A model generated the notes under the pieces. That model saw only the letters and a list, made by a program, of their open reading frames with translations, made no database searches and was not told the DNA's origin. From assembly GCF_964194155.1 (NCBI RefSeq), contig NC_135903.1:34100001-34164000 (forward strand): DNA of 64,000 nt, read 5' to 3'. The stretch is from Cetorhinus maximus (taxonomy: Eukaryota). The translations under genes were made by a program, and so were the position numbers. Of the stretch, positions 33,851-48,172 are shown in pieces (the first letter of the stretch is position 1; each line of letters starts with the position of its first letter).

Positions 33851-36800
33851 ATGGCTTTGGCGAGTATCTGGAGATTTTGGATGGTGTTGCTTTTCTTGTC
33901 CGGGACCCTCAGTCTGGGATGTGACAGGCTGCAGTTACAGCAAGTTCTCAACACAGAGACTCTCAGCAAACTGAATGCAATGGTGAGTTGAACCTGCAGT
34001 CAGAGCAGGAGGTGAATCACATTGTGTCCGCTTGCTGTGAAATGTCACATCAGGGGAAATGTTTTGCGATTTGTCATTTTGTCCAATGAATTGTCTGTGA
34101 TTCTCCAGTATTTGAGTTTTTGGGGCTGATTGTAACAGTGATTGTTTTCCCCTCTCAGGGCGGACCCTTTCCCCGACACTGTATAAGACAGAGACTCTCA
34201 CTGAAAACCAAACCCTTGAACCTGGTGAAACTCTCGAAGGAATTAGAGGTGAGTGAACACTCGGTTCATTTGATTCACACAGGGCTTTTATACAAAGTAA
34301 GATCAACAACCGGATCGGAAACTTCCACATCAGGAATTTGAAACAGAGTGAAATGTACCCATTGTGAATGTAGGAGCAGTCTCACTTATTGTATTTCACT
34401 CACTATCTCACTCATGAACTATATCACTCTCTCTAACCGCACTCACTACCCCTTATCTCCAACTCTCTCCCTCCCTGATATTATGTCCCTCCCGCTAACT
34501 ACCTGCTCTGGGAACTATCCGACTGGATCTCCCATCTCCTTTTCCTGCAGGGCCTCTAGAATATTCCGTGCAGACCACTGCCTGATGGGCCTGTTGTCAA
34601 AGGTGTTTCTCTGCCTAAGCATTTCTACACGGGATAGGTGGTGAGTCAGGTTCCAAAGGCTTCGAGTGTTCGCGACAACAAGGCCAGTCCCATCCTTTGC
34701 AACACGTGGGACAGGTTGAAAGTCAGCACTTGCAGTTTGCGTTCCAAGGGTCCACGCACAGCTTGATGCAGCAAGACCCAAATGTAGTCATCAGGATGAG
34801 GGCGATGTTCAGTGCGTTTTGTCCTCTGATCATTGACTATGTGAAAACTTCTCAACTTTTCTCAACCTAACACCCTTTAATTTTCTCACTGCCTCTAACC
34901 ACCTCACTTCCTCTAATCATCTTATTCCCTGTAACAATTTGCCTCCCTCGAAACATCTCACTCCTCAGCTGCACTGAATGACTTTGGGGCATGAACCACG
35001 CAGGCAGGTTAGGCCATAGGATCATAGAATGATCCTGTGCTGAAGGAGACCGATTGGGCAGAATGGCCTGTTTCTGTGCCACGTTTCCGATCAACTACCT
35101 GGTGGAAAAATATGTTAGTAGGTACGCACTAACCAGCATTCATATATTCAAGAAAAATCACCTTTCCCAAACTTGATTGAGTTATGTGATAATGTAGCAG
35201 AGGGTGTTCATGAGTTTAGTGCGCTTAATCTTCTGCTGATGTCATCATACCTCTGCAGCACTTTGAATGAACGATTCAAATTATTCCCGCTCTCATCCCC
35301 CATTACAATGCAAAAATCTTCTCTGACTATTTATCCAATTCTCTCTAGAAAGTTATTATTGAATCTGCTTTTCCTGTTTTGTAAATCAATCCATGCGCAC
35401 AGTTTTAAAAGACTAATCATCACAAGATCCAGCGCACAATCCTCATCAACACTCTCTGCTGCATTATCGCATAACTCAATCAAGCTGGGTAAGGATAATT
35501 TGATGGTAAAGATGTCTCCCCACAGATCATTGTATCTGAAGTTTTCCCACCACCCAAAATGGTCTAACTGGCCTGTATTTGTTGGGTTTATCCCTCTTCC
35601 ATTTTTGAATGGGATGTAAGTATTTGAAATCTTCTGGTCCGCTGCCATCATGTCCCTCATATCTAAAGAGGACTGGAGGAAAGCGGCCAGAAGTGTCATT
35701 TCAACCCTTGCTTTCCTCAGCAATCTCAGCTGTATTCCGACCAGATCAGGTGACTTTCCTAACCTGAGTGCTGCCAATATTTTACGTAACTCCTCTTTAT
35801 CTATTTTAATCCTACCCAATTTCTCTACTCGCTCCCCCTGCACTGTGACTTTTGAAGTATCTGCTTGTGAAGTGAAGACAAATTCCAAGAACTGGTTTAG
35901 ATCCTCCGCCATGTCCTTTGTGTCCCACAAGAAGATTTATTTTTTGCTCACTAATCAACACAAACAAACATTTATTTACATGCTTATTAAAAGATTTTAT
36001 CTTCCCTCTTACGTGACCTGCTCATCAATTCTCATGCATTCTGTTTATTCCTTATTTCTTTTGATAACTTTTCTCCATATTGGCTGCATTCAGCTTGGTT
36101 CCTCACTCAGCTAAGAGCCTAATGTTTCACATAAGGCTTCGTTTTCTGTTTTGTTTTAATGTCTACATCTTTCGGCGATGAGGTCATTGACCTTGCCATG
36201 CCCTTCCTTTCTGCTTCATTGAAAGGAGTCCAGTCTGCAACCATAACTTCACCACTTAAAAAGAGCCTCAATTGCTACTTTCCTCCTGAGTTAGCACTAT
36301 TTAAGAGGAGATGGTGGCTTAGTGGTAGATTCACAGGGTTAATAATTCATGGCCTAGGCTAATGCTCTGGGTACCTGAGTTCATGCCCCATCACACAGCT
36401 GGTGGAATTTTAATTCAATCAATAAACGTGGAATATAACACTAGTGTCAGTAATACTGACCATGCAACTATCATGGATCTTTGTAAAACCCTTCTGATTC
36501 ACTAATGACTTTTAAGAAAGGAAATGTGACTTCTGCATCTGGACTGGATGACATGTCACTCTCAGCACATGGTCGAATCTTCACTGTCCTTTCAAATATT
36601 CAGTTCAAGGGACATTAGGGATGGACATGTAATGCTGGCTTTGCCAGTGATGCCCACATCCCATGAATGTCTAAAGGAAAATAGAATCCTTGATTCAAAT
36701 ACACCGGGGCCAGATCCCGTTTAAATGCATAAAATTAATCCTCCCCCTTTTGCCCATTTTCAGCTCTAATTGTATTTTGTTATTTAACATAGTCTGTTCT

Positions 36801-37300
36801 AAAATTAAAGGTAAACATGTCCTTTCCAATGTCATTCTCTACATTATACAAAGATACAGGACAGGATCCAGATTGTCCATCAAACCCTGCGTCACATCAG
36901 CAAGATCTACAGCATGAACCTGGGTTCAGCCACATGGGCCCAGGACAAGGTGGAAAACCTCCGGCTTCTCCTGGATCGGCAGCTCGCTGAGCTGGATGAA
37001 TGTGTCAGGAAACCAGGATCAGAGCACAAGATGAGGAGAAACTCCGCCATTCACAATTACTTTAGGAAACTGGAAAAGTTTCTCAAACAGGAGGTAGGTC
37101 AATTGATAAATGACAATGTGATTGCTGGCATGTAGTTCATTTCACCACATTTAAATCTGCGCATTCTCTAATCGGTTTCCCTGAATAATTTTCTTTTTCA
37201 GAAATTCAGTGACTGTGCCTGGGAAATAATCCGCAATGAGACCAGAGCCCGTTTACAACAGCTCCTTTTCATCATAGCACAAATCAGCAGAAGAAACTGA
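33851..37300 (+). CDS. Type I interferon, subtype A copy 2 (4 exons, 186 aa)
   Basis: Exons 33851-33982, 34159-34248, 36854-37093 (AAG acceptor), 37202-37300 (KFSDCAWEIIRNETRAR...). Confidence 0.9.
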
Positions 37301-40300
37301 GAAAGATGTTTAGAACAGACTGGGAGCAATGAATATTTATTTTAAAAACTTTTAACATATAGCTATTTATATATATATTTGTAACAAATTTTATATTTTA
37401 TTGTACTGATGACAGAACAATGAGTGACATGATTGGATTATTTATTTATTTTATTTATTCATTTATTTATTGATATTTATTGCTATGATATTTTCCCCTG
37501 ATATAATCCTAACCCTTTAGTGGGTGGGGTGTCTGCTCTGGAATTTACTGGTAGGCTTTCAAGATATGGGTTTTCAGACCTATAAACTCTGGGCCGCACT
37601 GACCTTTCCATTTCTCCTCTCCTAAGTGGCCAACTTTTCAATCTATTTCAGCCACTGTAATTTATTGATCTTTATTGTTGTGATGTCTTCATGTAATGAA
37701 ATGTTACATGTTATTTAATGTGTAATGTGAATTTTTAATGATAATTTATTTATTGATATTTATTAAGTGTTGGCGAACAGAAATATTTTTTTGTAACTGG
37801 AATATTTTATACACAATGAGAGCCTTTGGTACAAATAAATTGTTTTCAATATTACGCATTGACTGGAATGATGTTCATTTTTCAATTCTGTCGGTTGGCT
37901 TTCCATACTCAGTATAAATGCTCTGGATTCTCCCACCTGCTGCCTCTTCCTGTCAGCCCTTCTCTGTTCTCCTCTTCTTTCTCCACAATCAGATTTTCCC
38001 TCACCCGTTGGAACTGTGAACCTATTGTGAACCGAACTGCCCTGATTTATCATCTTTTACCCCTCTGCATCTCAAAGCCACATTCCAGCTCCAAAGGAGA
38101 GAGGCCTGAGCTTGATGTTCAGGAGAAAAGTGGAAAATAGAGGTATAAATTAGAAATGGACAGATGGAGAAATGGAATGGGTGGACATAGAAGATGACTG
38201 GAGTGTCAGCCTCTGCGAATATATGGGGACATCAGACAATGGGGTTGAGAATGACATCAGGTAATGAGTAGGAAGGAGAATGAGTGCAGAGTGGGGATGA
38301 AAATCTTATATTTTGCATTGTTGTTTACACCTTCTTAAAACCTGTATGATAAATACTGTCTGCATTACAATAGAACAGAAGAAAAAAGAGAAGTAGGCCA
38401 TTTGGCTTGTCAAGCCTGCTCCACCATTCAATAAGATTCTGACTGATTTGATTGTGGCCTTATATCTACTCCCCTGCCTGCCACCTATAACCTTTGACTC
38501 CTTTGTTGATCAATCCCATCTAACTCAGACTTGAATATATTCAATAACACAACCTCCACTCTTCTCTGAGGTGATTAATTTAAAAGATTAATGACACTCG
38601 GTGCAATAGAAACGCTCCTCATCTCCGTCTCACGTGCAGTTTCCACATATTGAAACTTTGGCCCCCAGTTACAGACTCCCCCAGAGAGGAAACACCTCAA
38701 CATCTACCCGATCAAATCTCCTCACAATCTTAAATGACTCAATGACATCACCTCTCATTCTTCAAAACTCGAAGGAGTATATGCTCAACCTGGGTAAGAT
38801 TGCTTCATAAACCAACTTCTCTTTCCAGGAATCAACCTGGTGAGCCCTCTCTGAAGTGTCTCCAATGCAAGTTAATCGCTGCTTAAATACTGAGACCAAA
38901 GCTGTATATAATACTCCAGGCCTAGTCTCAAATATGGCCTGTAGAGTTGAAGCAAAACTTCCCTACTTCTTTTCTTCATCCTCTTTGCAATAAACGACAA
39001 CATACCATTTACCTTTCCAATTAATTGCTCTACTGTTTGCTAAATTTCCATTGCTCAAGTCCAAGGACACCCAGGTCTCTCTGCACTGAAAGATTCTGTG
39101 TTCTTTCTCCATTTAAACAACATTCTTACTTTCTGCTGGGCACAGCAACGGCTAACTTGTGTCCTGCATTACATCAGTCACTATATATCTAAAGTATTTT
39201 ATAAGCTGCTGAGTGCTTTGAGACACCTGTGGTCAGGAAGAGCACAATGTGAATGCAAGCCTGTTTTGATAAAAATATCATAGAGAAAGCGGGGCCTACA
39301 CACAAAACTGACCTCACTCCAGGGTGAATTTATCAGCAGTGCAGTTGTTTACAGTCCTTCCAAAGGGCCCCAAAAAATAAACTGGATGATTTGGGTTTGA
39401 GCACGGCAACAGACATGTGTTAAAAGGTTTGCAAAGCAACTTTATTAATTTACAAAGACAATAACGATTGCATTCGAATTCCAAAAAAGTGGGGATGAAC
39501 CAATCCAATTTCCATGACCATTAAATTCTACAAAACAGAAAACCGACCCCAAAAGTGGTAACAAGTTGTGTACGTCAGGAAGTCTACAACGCTTTAACCA
39601 ACTTTAATATTTACTGTCCACCACTGACACACACTGGGATCAGTCTATACCATGTACATGGTGAACTGCAGGATCTCACCAAAGCCCCTTCAACACCGAT
39701 TCCCAAACTGACGACTTCTACCACCCAGAAGAACAAGGGTAGCAGACGCAAGGGACCAGCACCAAATTTCGCTTCCCATTCAAGGGAGAAGCATACTGAC
39801 TTGGAACTATTTCCCATTTCTTCACTGTTACAGGCTAACACTGCTGGAAAACCCTTCCCAACACCCCTGTAAATTCACCTACACCACATGAACGGCAGCA
39901 GTTCAGGGGTTAAATGGAGCGGTTCATCACCACCTTCTGACGGGTAATTAGGGAGGAGCAACAAATCCTGGCCTTTCCAGAGACGCCCACGTTCCATCAA
40001 GGAAGAAATGAAGCCAAATCATGCAAAAGTAGCTGTGAATGGGCCGCAGATTTTTGTAAGTTAAAAATGGACACGTTCCCGCAGGTCCTTCCTATTTCCT
40101 CTAATATCACTCGCCAGTGCTTTTAATATTCTTCCTTCAGTTCCCTGACCCTCCTTCCGCCTCCGCCTTCAATAATTACAATTCCCACTGTTTTATTCGC
40201 CAATAACAGCATTGTTGTAAATTGTAGTTTCTCTCGTGTCTCCAGTTGGGGAATGTGGGATCCCGCTCCCACATCCACCCGGACGGTAGATTTTGGTGAC

Positions 40301-40424
40301 ACTTCCAGCTGAGAGGGATTTGGTGACATTCCCTATGTACCCGGGCATTTACCGAATACCCCAAAGGCTTTCCCAACTGCCCCTCACCCCTCTCAGTCTG
40401 ATCCACCCTCTTTACAAACCCTCC

Positions 40425-41399
40425 TCCCTTTCGGAAATGACAAAACACGTCACTTTCCTTCAGGCACTTTCGCTTTTGGCTGAAATGGACACCAGGTTAA
40501 TTTCCAGAGAGAAAGTGACACGGACACTTTCCCGGGAGAGGGACAAGAAAGAAAGGATGAAAGAAAAGAGAGCGGGATCACTTTCGGACTCAGAATCGGA
40601 GCAGATCAAATATTCTTTCAATCCGACTCTGAAAATGGCTCCAGAAAACAACCGAGAAATGAGAAACTTCTCCCAGTTAAAGAGCAGATTGTGGGACAGG
40701 TCAATCGGAGCGGAGTCTGTCTCCATGAAGCGGTGTCCCTGGGCTGTGAGCCGAGCTCTCTGCAATGTCCAACCTGTGAAGTGTGAACAGGACAAGCGCC
40801 AGGTGAACACACCGCGGGGACACAGTGGATTTCAAAGGGAATCGCTCTTCATGGGGCCCAATGTCAGCACTAAAGGCCGCCGCACCGGATCACCGCTGTC
40901 GCTCTCTCTATAATCCGGATGATAAAATCCAGCCCCCGATACATGTTCACACTGCCCCCAATTCAGAGCCTCCCTCTACACCACCTTCGTGCCCCAGGTG
41001 AGCTGAAGCCACACAACACTGAGCTGGAACCGAGCGCTGCCTGTGATTTTCAACCGGGGATTTTCCACTCGCTGCTTCCGGAATCTCCAGCTTTTACATT
41101 CCTGACCTCAGAAAGGAAACCGGACAAACTATTGATCTCCCGCAGCTCTTCCAAAAATCCTCGAGCCCGTTTTCACTTTTCGAATGTAATGCCACACATT
41201 AAAGCCGACAGCATGGCAGCGCCAGTGAGAGCACCGAGCAGACTCCACACTCACACTCACACCGTTCGGCAGCACAGGTGCTCGCTCCCGGATCACAAGC
41301 GGCAAGGATTCGACTTTCCCAGTTTAAATCCGCCGCGGAATCACGAAGCCGTCGGTTTCTCATCTTTCACATCGGTGTCTCACTCTGGGTCGCTTGATC
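40425..41399 (+). promoter_or_regulatory. Promoter module P1, copy 4 (directly upstream of IFN-A3)
   Basis: Near-identical to the other P1 copies; 19-nt deletion form. Confidence 0.75.
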
Positions 41400-43947
41400 A
41401 TGGCTTTGGCGAGTATCTGGAGATTTTGGATGGTGTTGCTCTTCTTGTCCGGGACCCTCAGTCTGGGATGTGACAGGCTGCAGTTACAGCAAGTTCTCAA
41501 CACAGAGACTCTCAGCAAACTGAATGCAATGGTGAGTTGAACCTGCAGCCAGAGCAGGAGGTGAATCACATTGTGTCCGCTTGCTGAGAAATGTCACATC
41601 AGGGGAAATGTTTTGCGATTTGTCATTTTGTCCAATGAATTGTCTGTGATTCTCCAGTATTTGAGTTTTTGGGGCTGATTGTAACAGTGATTGTTTTCCC
41701 CTCTCAGGGCGGACCCTTTCCCCGACACTGTATAAGACAGAGACTCTCACTGAAAACCAAACCCTTGAACCTGGTGAAACTCTCGAAGGAATTAGAGGTG
41801 AGTGAACACTCGGTTTATTTGATTCACACGGGCTTTTATACAAAGTAAGATCAACAACCGAATCGGAAACTTCCACATCAGGAATTTGGAATAGAGTGAT
41901 TTGTACCCATTGTGAATGTAGGAGCAGTCTCACTTATTGTATTTCACTCACTATCTCACTCATGAACTATATCACTCTCTCTAACCGCACTCACTACCGC
42001 CTTATCTCCAACTATATCCCTCCCTGACATTATGTCCCTCCCTCTAACTACCTGCTCTGGGAGCCAACCGACTGGATCTCCCATCTCCTTTTCCTACAGG
42101 GCCTATAGATTATTCTGGGCAGACCACTGCCTGATGGGCCTGTTGTCAAAGATGTTTCTCTGCCTAAGCATTTCTATACGGGATAGGTGGTGAGGCAATT
42201 CCAAAGGCTTCGAGTGTTCACGACAGCAAGGCCACTCCCATCCTTTGCAACACCGGGGACAGGTTGAAAGTCAGCACTTGCAGTTTGCGTTCCAAGGGTC
42301 CACGCACAGCTTGATGCAGCCAGACACCAATGTAGTTATCAGGATGAGGGCGATGTTGAGAGCGTTTTGTCCTCTGATCATTGACTACGTGAAAACTTCT
42401 CAACTTTTCTCAACCTAACACCATTTAATTTTCTCCCTGCCTCTAACCACCTCACTTCCTCTAATCATCTTATTCCCTGTAACAATTTGCCTCCCTCGAA
42501 ACATCTCACTCCTGAGCTGCACTGAATGACTTTGGGGCATGAACCACGCAGGCAGGATAGGCCATAGGAATATAGAATGAAGATTTATTTTATGCTCACT
42601 AATCATCACAAACAAACATTTACTTACATGCTTATTAAAGGTTTTTAGTTTCCCTCTTACGTGACCTGCTCATCAATTCTCATACATTCTGTTTACTCCT
42701 CATTTCTTTTGATAACTTTTCTCCATATTGGCTGCATTCAGCTTGGTTCCTCACTGTGCTAAGAGCCTAATGTTTCACATAAGGCTTCGTTTTCTTTTTT
42801 GTTTTAATCTCTACATCTTTTGGCGATGACGTCATTGACCTTTCCACGCCCTTCCTTTCTGCTTCATTGAAAGGAGTCCAGTCTGCAACCATAACATCTC
42901 CACTTAAAAAGAGCCTCAATTGCTACTTTCCTCCTGAGGAAGCACTATTTAAGAGGAGATGGTGGCTTAGTGGTAGATTCACAGGTTTAATAATTCATGG
43001 CCTAGGCTAATGCTCTGGCACCTGAGTTCATGCCCCATCACACAGCTGGTGGAATTTTAATTCAATCAATAAACGTGGAATATAACACTAGTCTCAGTAA
43101 TACTGACCATGCAACTATCATGGATCTTTGTAAAACCCTTCTGATACACTAATGCCTTTTAAGAAAGGAAACGTGACTTCTGCATCTGGACTGGATGACA
43201 TGTCATCTCAGCACATGGTCGAATCTTCACTGTCCTTTCAAATATTCAGTTCAAGGGACATTAGGGATGGACATGTAATGCTGGCTTTGCCAGTGATGCC
43301 CACATCCCATGAATGAATGAAGGAAAAAAGAATCCTTGATTCAAATACACCGGGGCCAGATCCCTTTTAAATGCACTGAAATTAATCCTCCCCCTTTTGA
43401 CCATTTTTATCTCTATTTATAATTTGTTCTTTAACATAGTCTGTTCTAAAATTAAAGGTGAACATGTCCTCTCTAATCTCATTCTCTACATTATACACAG
43501 ACACAGGACAGGATCCAGATTGTCCATCAAACCCTGCGTCACATCAGCAAGATCTACAGCATGAACCTGGGTTCAGCCACATGGGCCCAGGACAAGGTGG
43601 AAAACCTCCGGCTTCTCCTGGATCGACAGCTCGGTGAGCTGGATGAATGTGTCAGGAAAGCAGGATCAGAGCACAAGATGAGGAGAAACTCTGCCATTCA
43701 CAATTACTTTAGGAAACTGGAAAAGTTTCTCAAACAGGAGGTAGGTCAATTGATAAATGACAATGTGAATGGTGGCATGTAGTTCATTTCACCACATTGA
43801 AATCTGCTCATTCTCTAATCGGTTTCCCTGAATAATTTTCTTTTTCAGAAATTCAGTGACTGTGCCTGGGAAATAATCCGCAATGAGACCAGAGCCCGTT
43901 TACAACAGCTCCTTTTCATCATAGGACAAATCAGCAGAAGAAACTGA
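41400..43947 (+). CDS. Type I interferon, subtype A copy 3 (4 exons, 186 aa; single first exon behind P1)
   Basis: Exons 41400-41531, 41708-41797, 43501-43740, 43849-43947; GT-AG, phase 0; CAWE motif. Confidence 0.93.
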
Positions 43948-46900
43948 GAAAGATGTTTAGCACAGACTGGGAGCAATGAATATTTATTTTAAAAACTTTT
44001 AACATAAAGCTATTTATATATATATTTGTAACAAATTTAATATTTTATGAGTCACAATGAGTGACATGATTGGATTATTTATTTATTTTATTTATTCATT
44101 TATTTATTGATATTTATTGCTTTGATATTTTCCCCTGATATAATCCTAACCCTTTAGTGGCTGGGGTGTGTGCTCTGGAATTGACTGGTAGGCTTTCAAG
44201 ATATGGGTTTTCAGACCTATAAACCCTGGGCCGCACTGACCTTTCCATTTCTCCTCTCCTAAGTGGCCAACTTTTCAATCTATTTCAGCCACTGTAATTT
44301 ATTGATCTTTATTGTTGTGATGTCTTCATGTAATGAAATGTTACATGTTATTTAATGTGTAATGTGAATTTTTAATGATAATTTATTTATTGATATTTAT
44401 TAAGTGTTGGCGAACAGATAAATTTTTTTGTAACTGGAAAATTTTATACACAATGAGCGCCTTTGCTACAAATAAATTGTTTTCAATATTATGCATTGAG
44501 TGGAATGATGTTCATTTTTCAATTCTGTCGGTTGGCTTTCCATACTCAGTATAAATGCTCTGGATTCTCCCACCTGCTGTATCTTCCTGTCAGCCCTTCT
44601 CTGTTCTCCTCTTCTGTCTTCACAATCAGATTTTCCCTCACCCATTGGAAATGTGAACCTATTGTGAACCGAACTGCCCGGATTTATCATCTTTTACCCC
44701 TCTGCTTCTCAATGCCACATTCCAGCTCCAAAGGAGAGAGGACTGAGCGTGACATTCAGGAGACAAGTGGAAAATAGAGGCATAAATTAGAAATGGACAG
44801 ATGGAGAAATGGAATGGGAGGATATAGAAGATGACTGGAGTGTCAGCCTCTGTGAATATATGGGGACATCAGACAATGGGGTTGAGAGTGACATCAGGTA
44901 ATGAGTAGGAAGGAGAATGAGTGCAGAGTGGGGATGGAAATCTTTAGTTTCGCATGGTTGTTTACACCTTCTGAAAATCTGTATGATAAATACTGTCTGC
45001 ATTGCATTAGAACAGAAGAAAAAAGAGAAGTAGGCCATTTGGCCACTCAAGCCTGCTCCACCATTCAATAAGATTCCGACTGATTTGATTGTGGCCATAA
45101 ATCCATTCCCCTGCCTGCCACCTATAACCTTTGACTCCTTTGTTGATTAAATCGCATCTAACTCAGACTTGAATATATTCAATAACACAACCTCCACTGT
45201 TCTCTGAGGTGGAGATTTAAAAGGTTAATGACACTTGGGGCAAAAGAAATCCTCCTCATCTCCGTCTCATATACATATTGAAACTTTGGCCCCCACTTGC
45301 AGACTCCCACAGAGAGGAAGCACCTCAACATCTACCCGGTCACATCTCCTCACAATCTTAAATGAATCAATGACATCACCTCTCATTCTTCAAAACCCGA
45401 AGGAGTATAGGCTCAACCTGGTTAAGATTGCTCATAAATTCTCTTTCCAGGAATCAACCTGGTGAACCCTCTTTGAAGTGTCTCCAATGCAAGTTAATCC
45501 CTGCTTAAATAAGGAGACCAAAGCTGTACATAGTACTCCAGGCCTAATCTCACAAATGGCCTGTAGAGTTGACGCAATACTTCCCTACTTCTTTTCATCA
45601 TCCTCTTTGCAATAAAGGACCACATACCATTTACCTTTCCAAATAATTGCTCTAATGTTTGCTAAATTTTAATTGCTCAGGTCCAAGGACACCCAGGTCT
45701 CTCTTCACTGAAAGATTCTGTGTTCTTTCTCCATTTAAACAACATTCTGACTTTCTGCTGGGCACAGTAAAGGCTAACTTGTGCCCTACATTACATCAGT
45801 CACTATATATCTAAAGTATTTTATAAGCTGTTGAGTGCTTTGAGACACCTGTGGTCAGGAAGAGCACAATGTGAATGCAAGCCTGTTTTGATAAAAATAT
45901 CATAGAGAAAGCGGGGCCTACACACAACACTGACCTCACTCCAGGGTGAATTTATCAGCAGTGCAGTTGTTTACAGGCCTTCCAAAGGGCCTCAAAAAAT
46001 AAACTGGATGATTTGGGTTTGAGCACAGCAACAGACATGTGTTAAAAGGTTTGCAAATCAACTTTATTAATTTACAAAGACAATAACTATTGCAATCGAA
46101 TTCCAAAAAAGTGGGGATGAACCAATCCAATTTCCATGACCATTAAATTCTACAAAACAGAAAACCGACCCCAAAAGTGGTAACAAGTTGTGTACGTCAG
46201 GAAGTTCTCAACGCTCTAACCAACGTTAATATTTACTGTCCACCACCGACACACACTGGGATCAGTGTGTACCATGTACATGGTGAACTGCAGGATCTCA
46301 GCAAAGCCCCTTCAATGCCGCTTCCCAAACTCACGACTTCTACCACCCAGAAGAACAAGGGTAGCAGGTGCAAGGGACCAGCACAAAAGTTCGTTTCCCA
46401 TTCAAGGGACAAGCATACAGACTTGGAACTATTTACCATTTCTTCACTGTTACTGGCTAACACTCCTGGAAAACCCTTCCCAACACCCCTGTAAATTCAC
46501 CTACACCACATGAACGGCAGCAGTTCAGGGGTTAAAGGGGGCGGTTCATCACCACCTTCTGTCGGGTAATTAGGGAGGAGCAACAAATTCTGGCCTTTCC
46601 AGAGACGCCCACGTCCCATCAAGGAAGAAATGAAGCCAAATTATGCAAAAGTAGTTGTGAATGGGCCGCAGATTTTTGTAAGTTAAAAATGCACTCGCTC
46701 CCGCAGGTACTTCCTACTTCCTCTAATGTCACTCGCCAGTGCTTTTAATATTCTTCCTTCAGTTCCCTGACCCTCCTTCCGCCTCCGCCTTCAAAAATTA
46801 CAATTCCCACTGTTTTATTCGCCAATAACAGCATTGTTGTAAATTGTAGTTTCTCTCGTGTCTCCAGTTGGGGAGTGTGGGATCCCGCTCCCACATCCAC

Positions 46901-47047
46901 CCGGACGGTAGATTTTGGTGACACTTCCAGCTGAGAGGGATTTGGTGACATTTCCTATGTAGCCGGGCATTTACCGAATACCCCAAAGCCTTTCCCAACT
47001 GCCACTCACCCCTCTCAGTCTGATCCACCCTCTTTACAAACCCTCCT

Positions 47048-48040
47048 CCCTTTCGGAAATGACAAAACACGTCACTTTCCTTCAGGCACTTTCGCTTTGG
47101 GCTGAAATGGACACCAGGTTAATTTCCAGAGAGAAAGTGACACGGACACTTTCCCGGGAGAGAGACAAGAAAGAAAGGATGAAATAAAAGAGAGCGGGAT
47201 CACTTTCGGACTCAGAATCGGAGCAGATCAAATATTCTTTCAATCCGACTCTGAAAATGGCTCCAGAAAACAACCGAGAAATGAGAAAATTCTCCCAGTT
47301 AAAGAGCAGATTGTGGGACAGGTCAATCGGAGCGGAGTCTGTCTCCATGAAGCGGTGTCCCTGGGCTGTGAGCCGAGCTCTCTGCAATGTCCAACCTGTG
47401 AAGTGTGAACAGGACAAGCGCCAGGTGAACACACCGCGGGGACACAGTGGATTTCAAAGGGAATCGCTCTTCATGGGGCCCAATGTCAGCACTAAAAGCC
47501 GCCGCACCGGATCATCGCTGTCGCTCTCTCTATAATCCGGATGATAAAATCCAGCCCCCGATACATGTTCACACTGCCCCCAATTCAGAGCCTCCCTCTA
47601 CACCACCTTCGTGCCCCAGGTGAGCTGAAGCCACACAACACTGAGCTGGAACCGAGCGCTGCCTGTGATTTTCAACCGGGGATTTTCCACTCGCTGCTTC
47701 CGGAATCTCCAGCTTTTACATTCCTGACCTCAGAAAGGAAACCGGACAAACTATTGATCTCCCGCAGCTCTTCCAAAAATCCTCGAGCCCGTTTTCACTT
47801 TTCGAATGTAATGCCACACATTAAAGCCGAGAGCATGGCAGCGCCAGTGAGAGCACCGAGCAGACTCCACACTCACACTCACACCGTTCGGCAGCACAGG
47901 CGCTCGCTCCCGGATCACAAGCGGCTCCGATTCGACTTTCCCAGTTTTAACCCGCTCGCAAGAACCGTTTTAGCCGCGGAAACACGAAGCCGTCGGTTTT
48001 TCATCTTTCACATCGGTATTTCACTCTGGGTCGCTTGATC
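47048..48040 (+). promoter_or_regulatory. Promoter module P1, copy 5
   Basis: Near-identical to copy 1 (long form); TTTAAAT changed to TTTTAAC. Confidence 0.7.
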
Positions 48041-48172
48041 ATGGCTTTGGCGAGTATCTGGAGATTTTGGGTGGTGTTGCTCTTCTTGTCCGGGACCCTC
48101 AGTCTGGGATGTGACAGGCTGCAGTTACAGCAAGTTCTCAACACAGAGACTCTCAGCAAACTGAATGCAATG
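48041..48172 (+). CDS. Distal duplicate IFN exon 1; candidate alternative first exon of IFN-A4
   Basis: MALASIWRFWVVLLFLSGTLSLGCDRLQLQQVLNTETLSKLNAM with intact donor. Confidence 0.65.
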
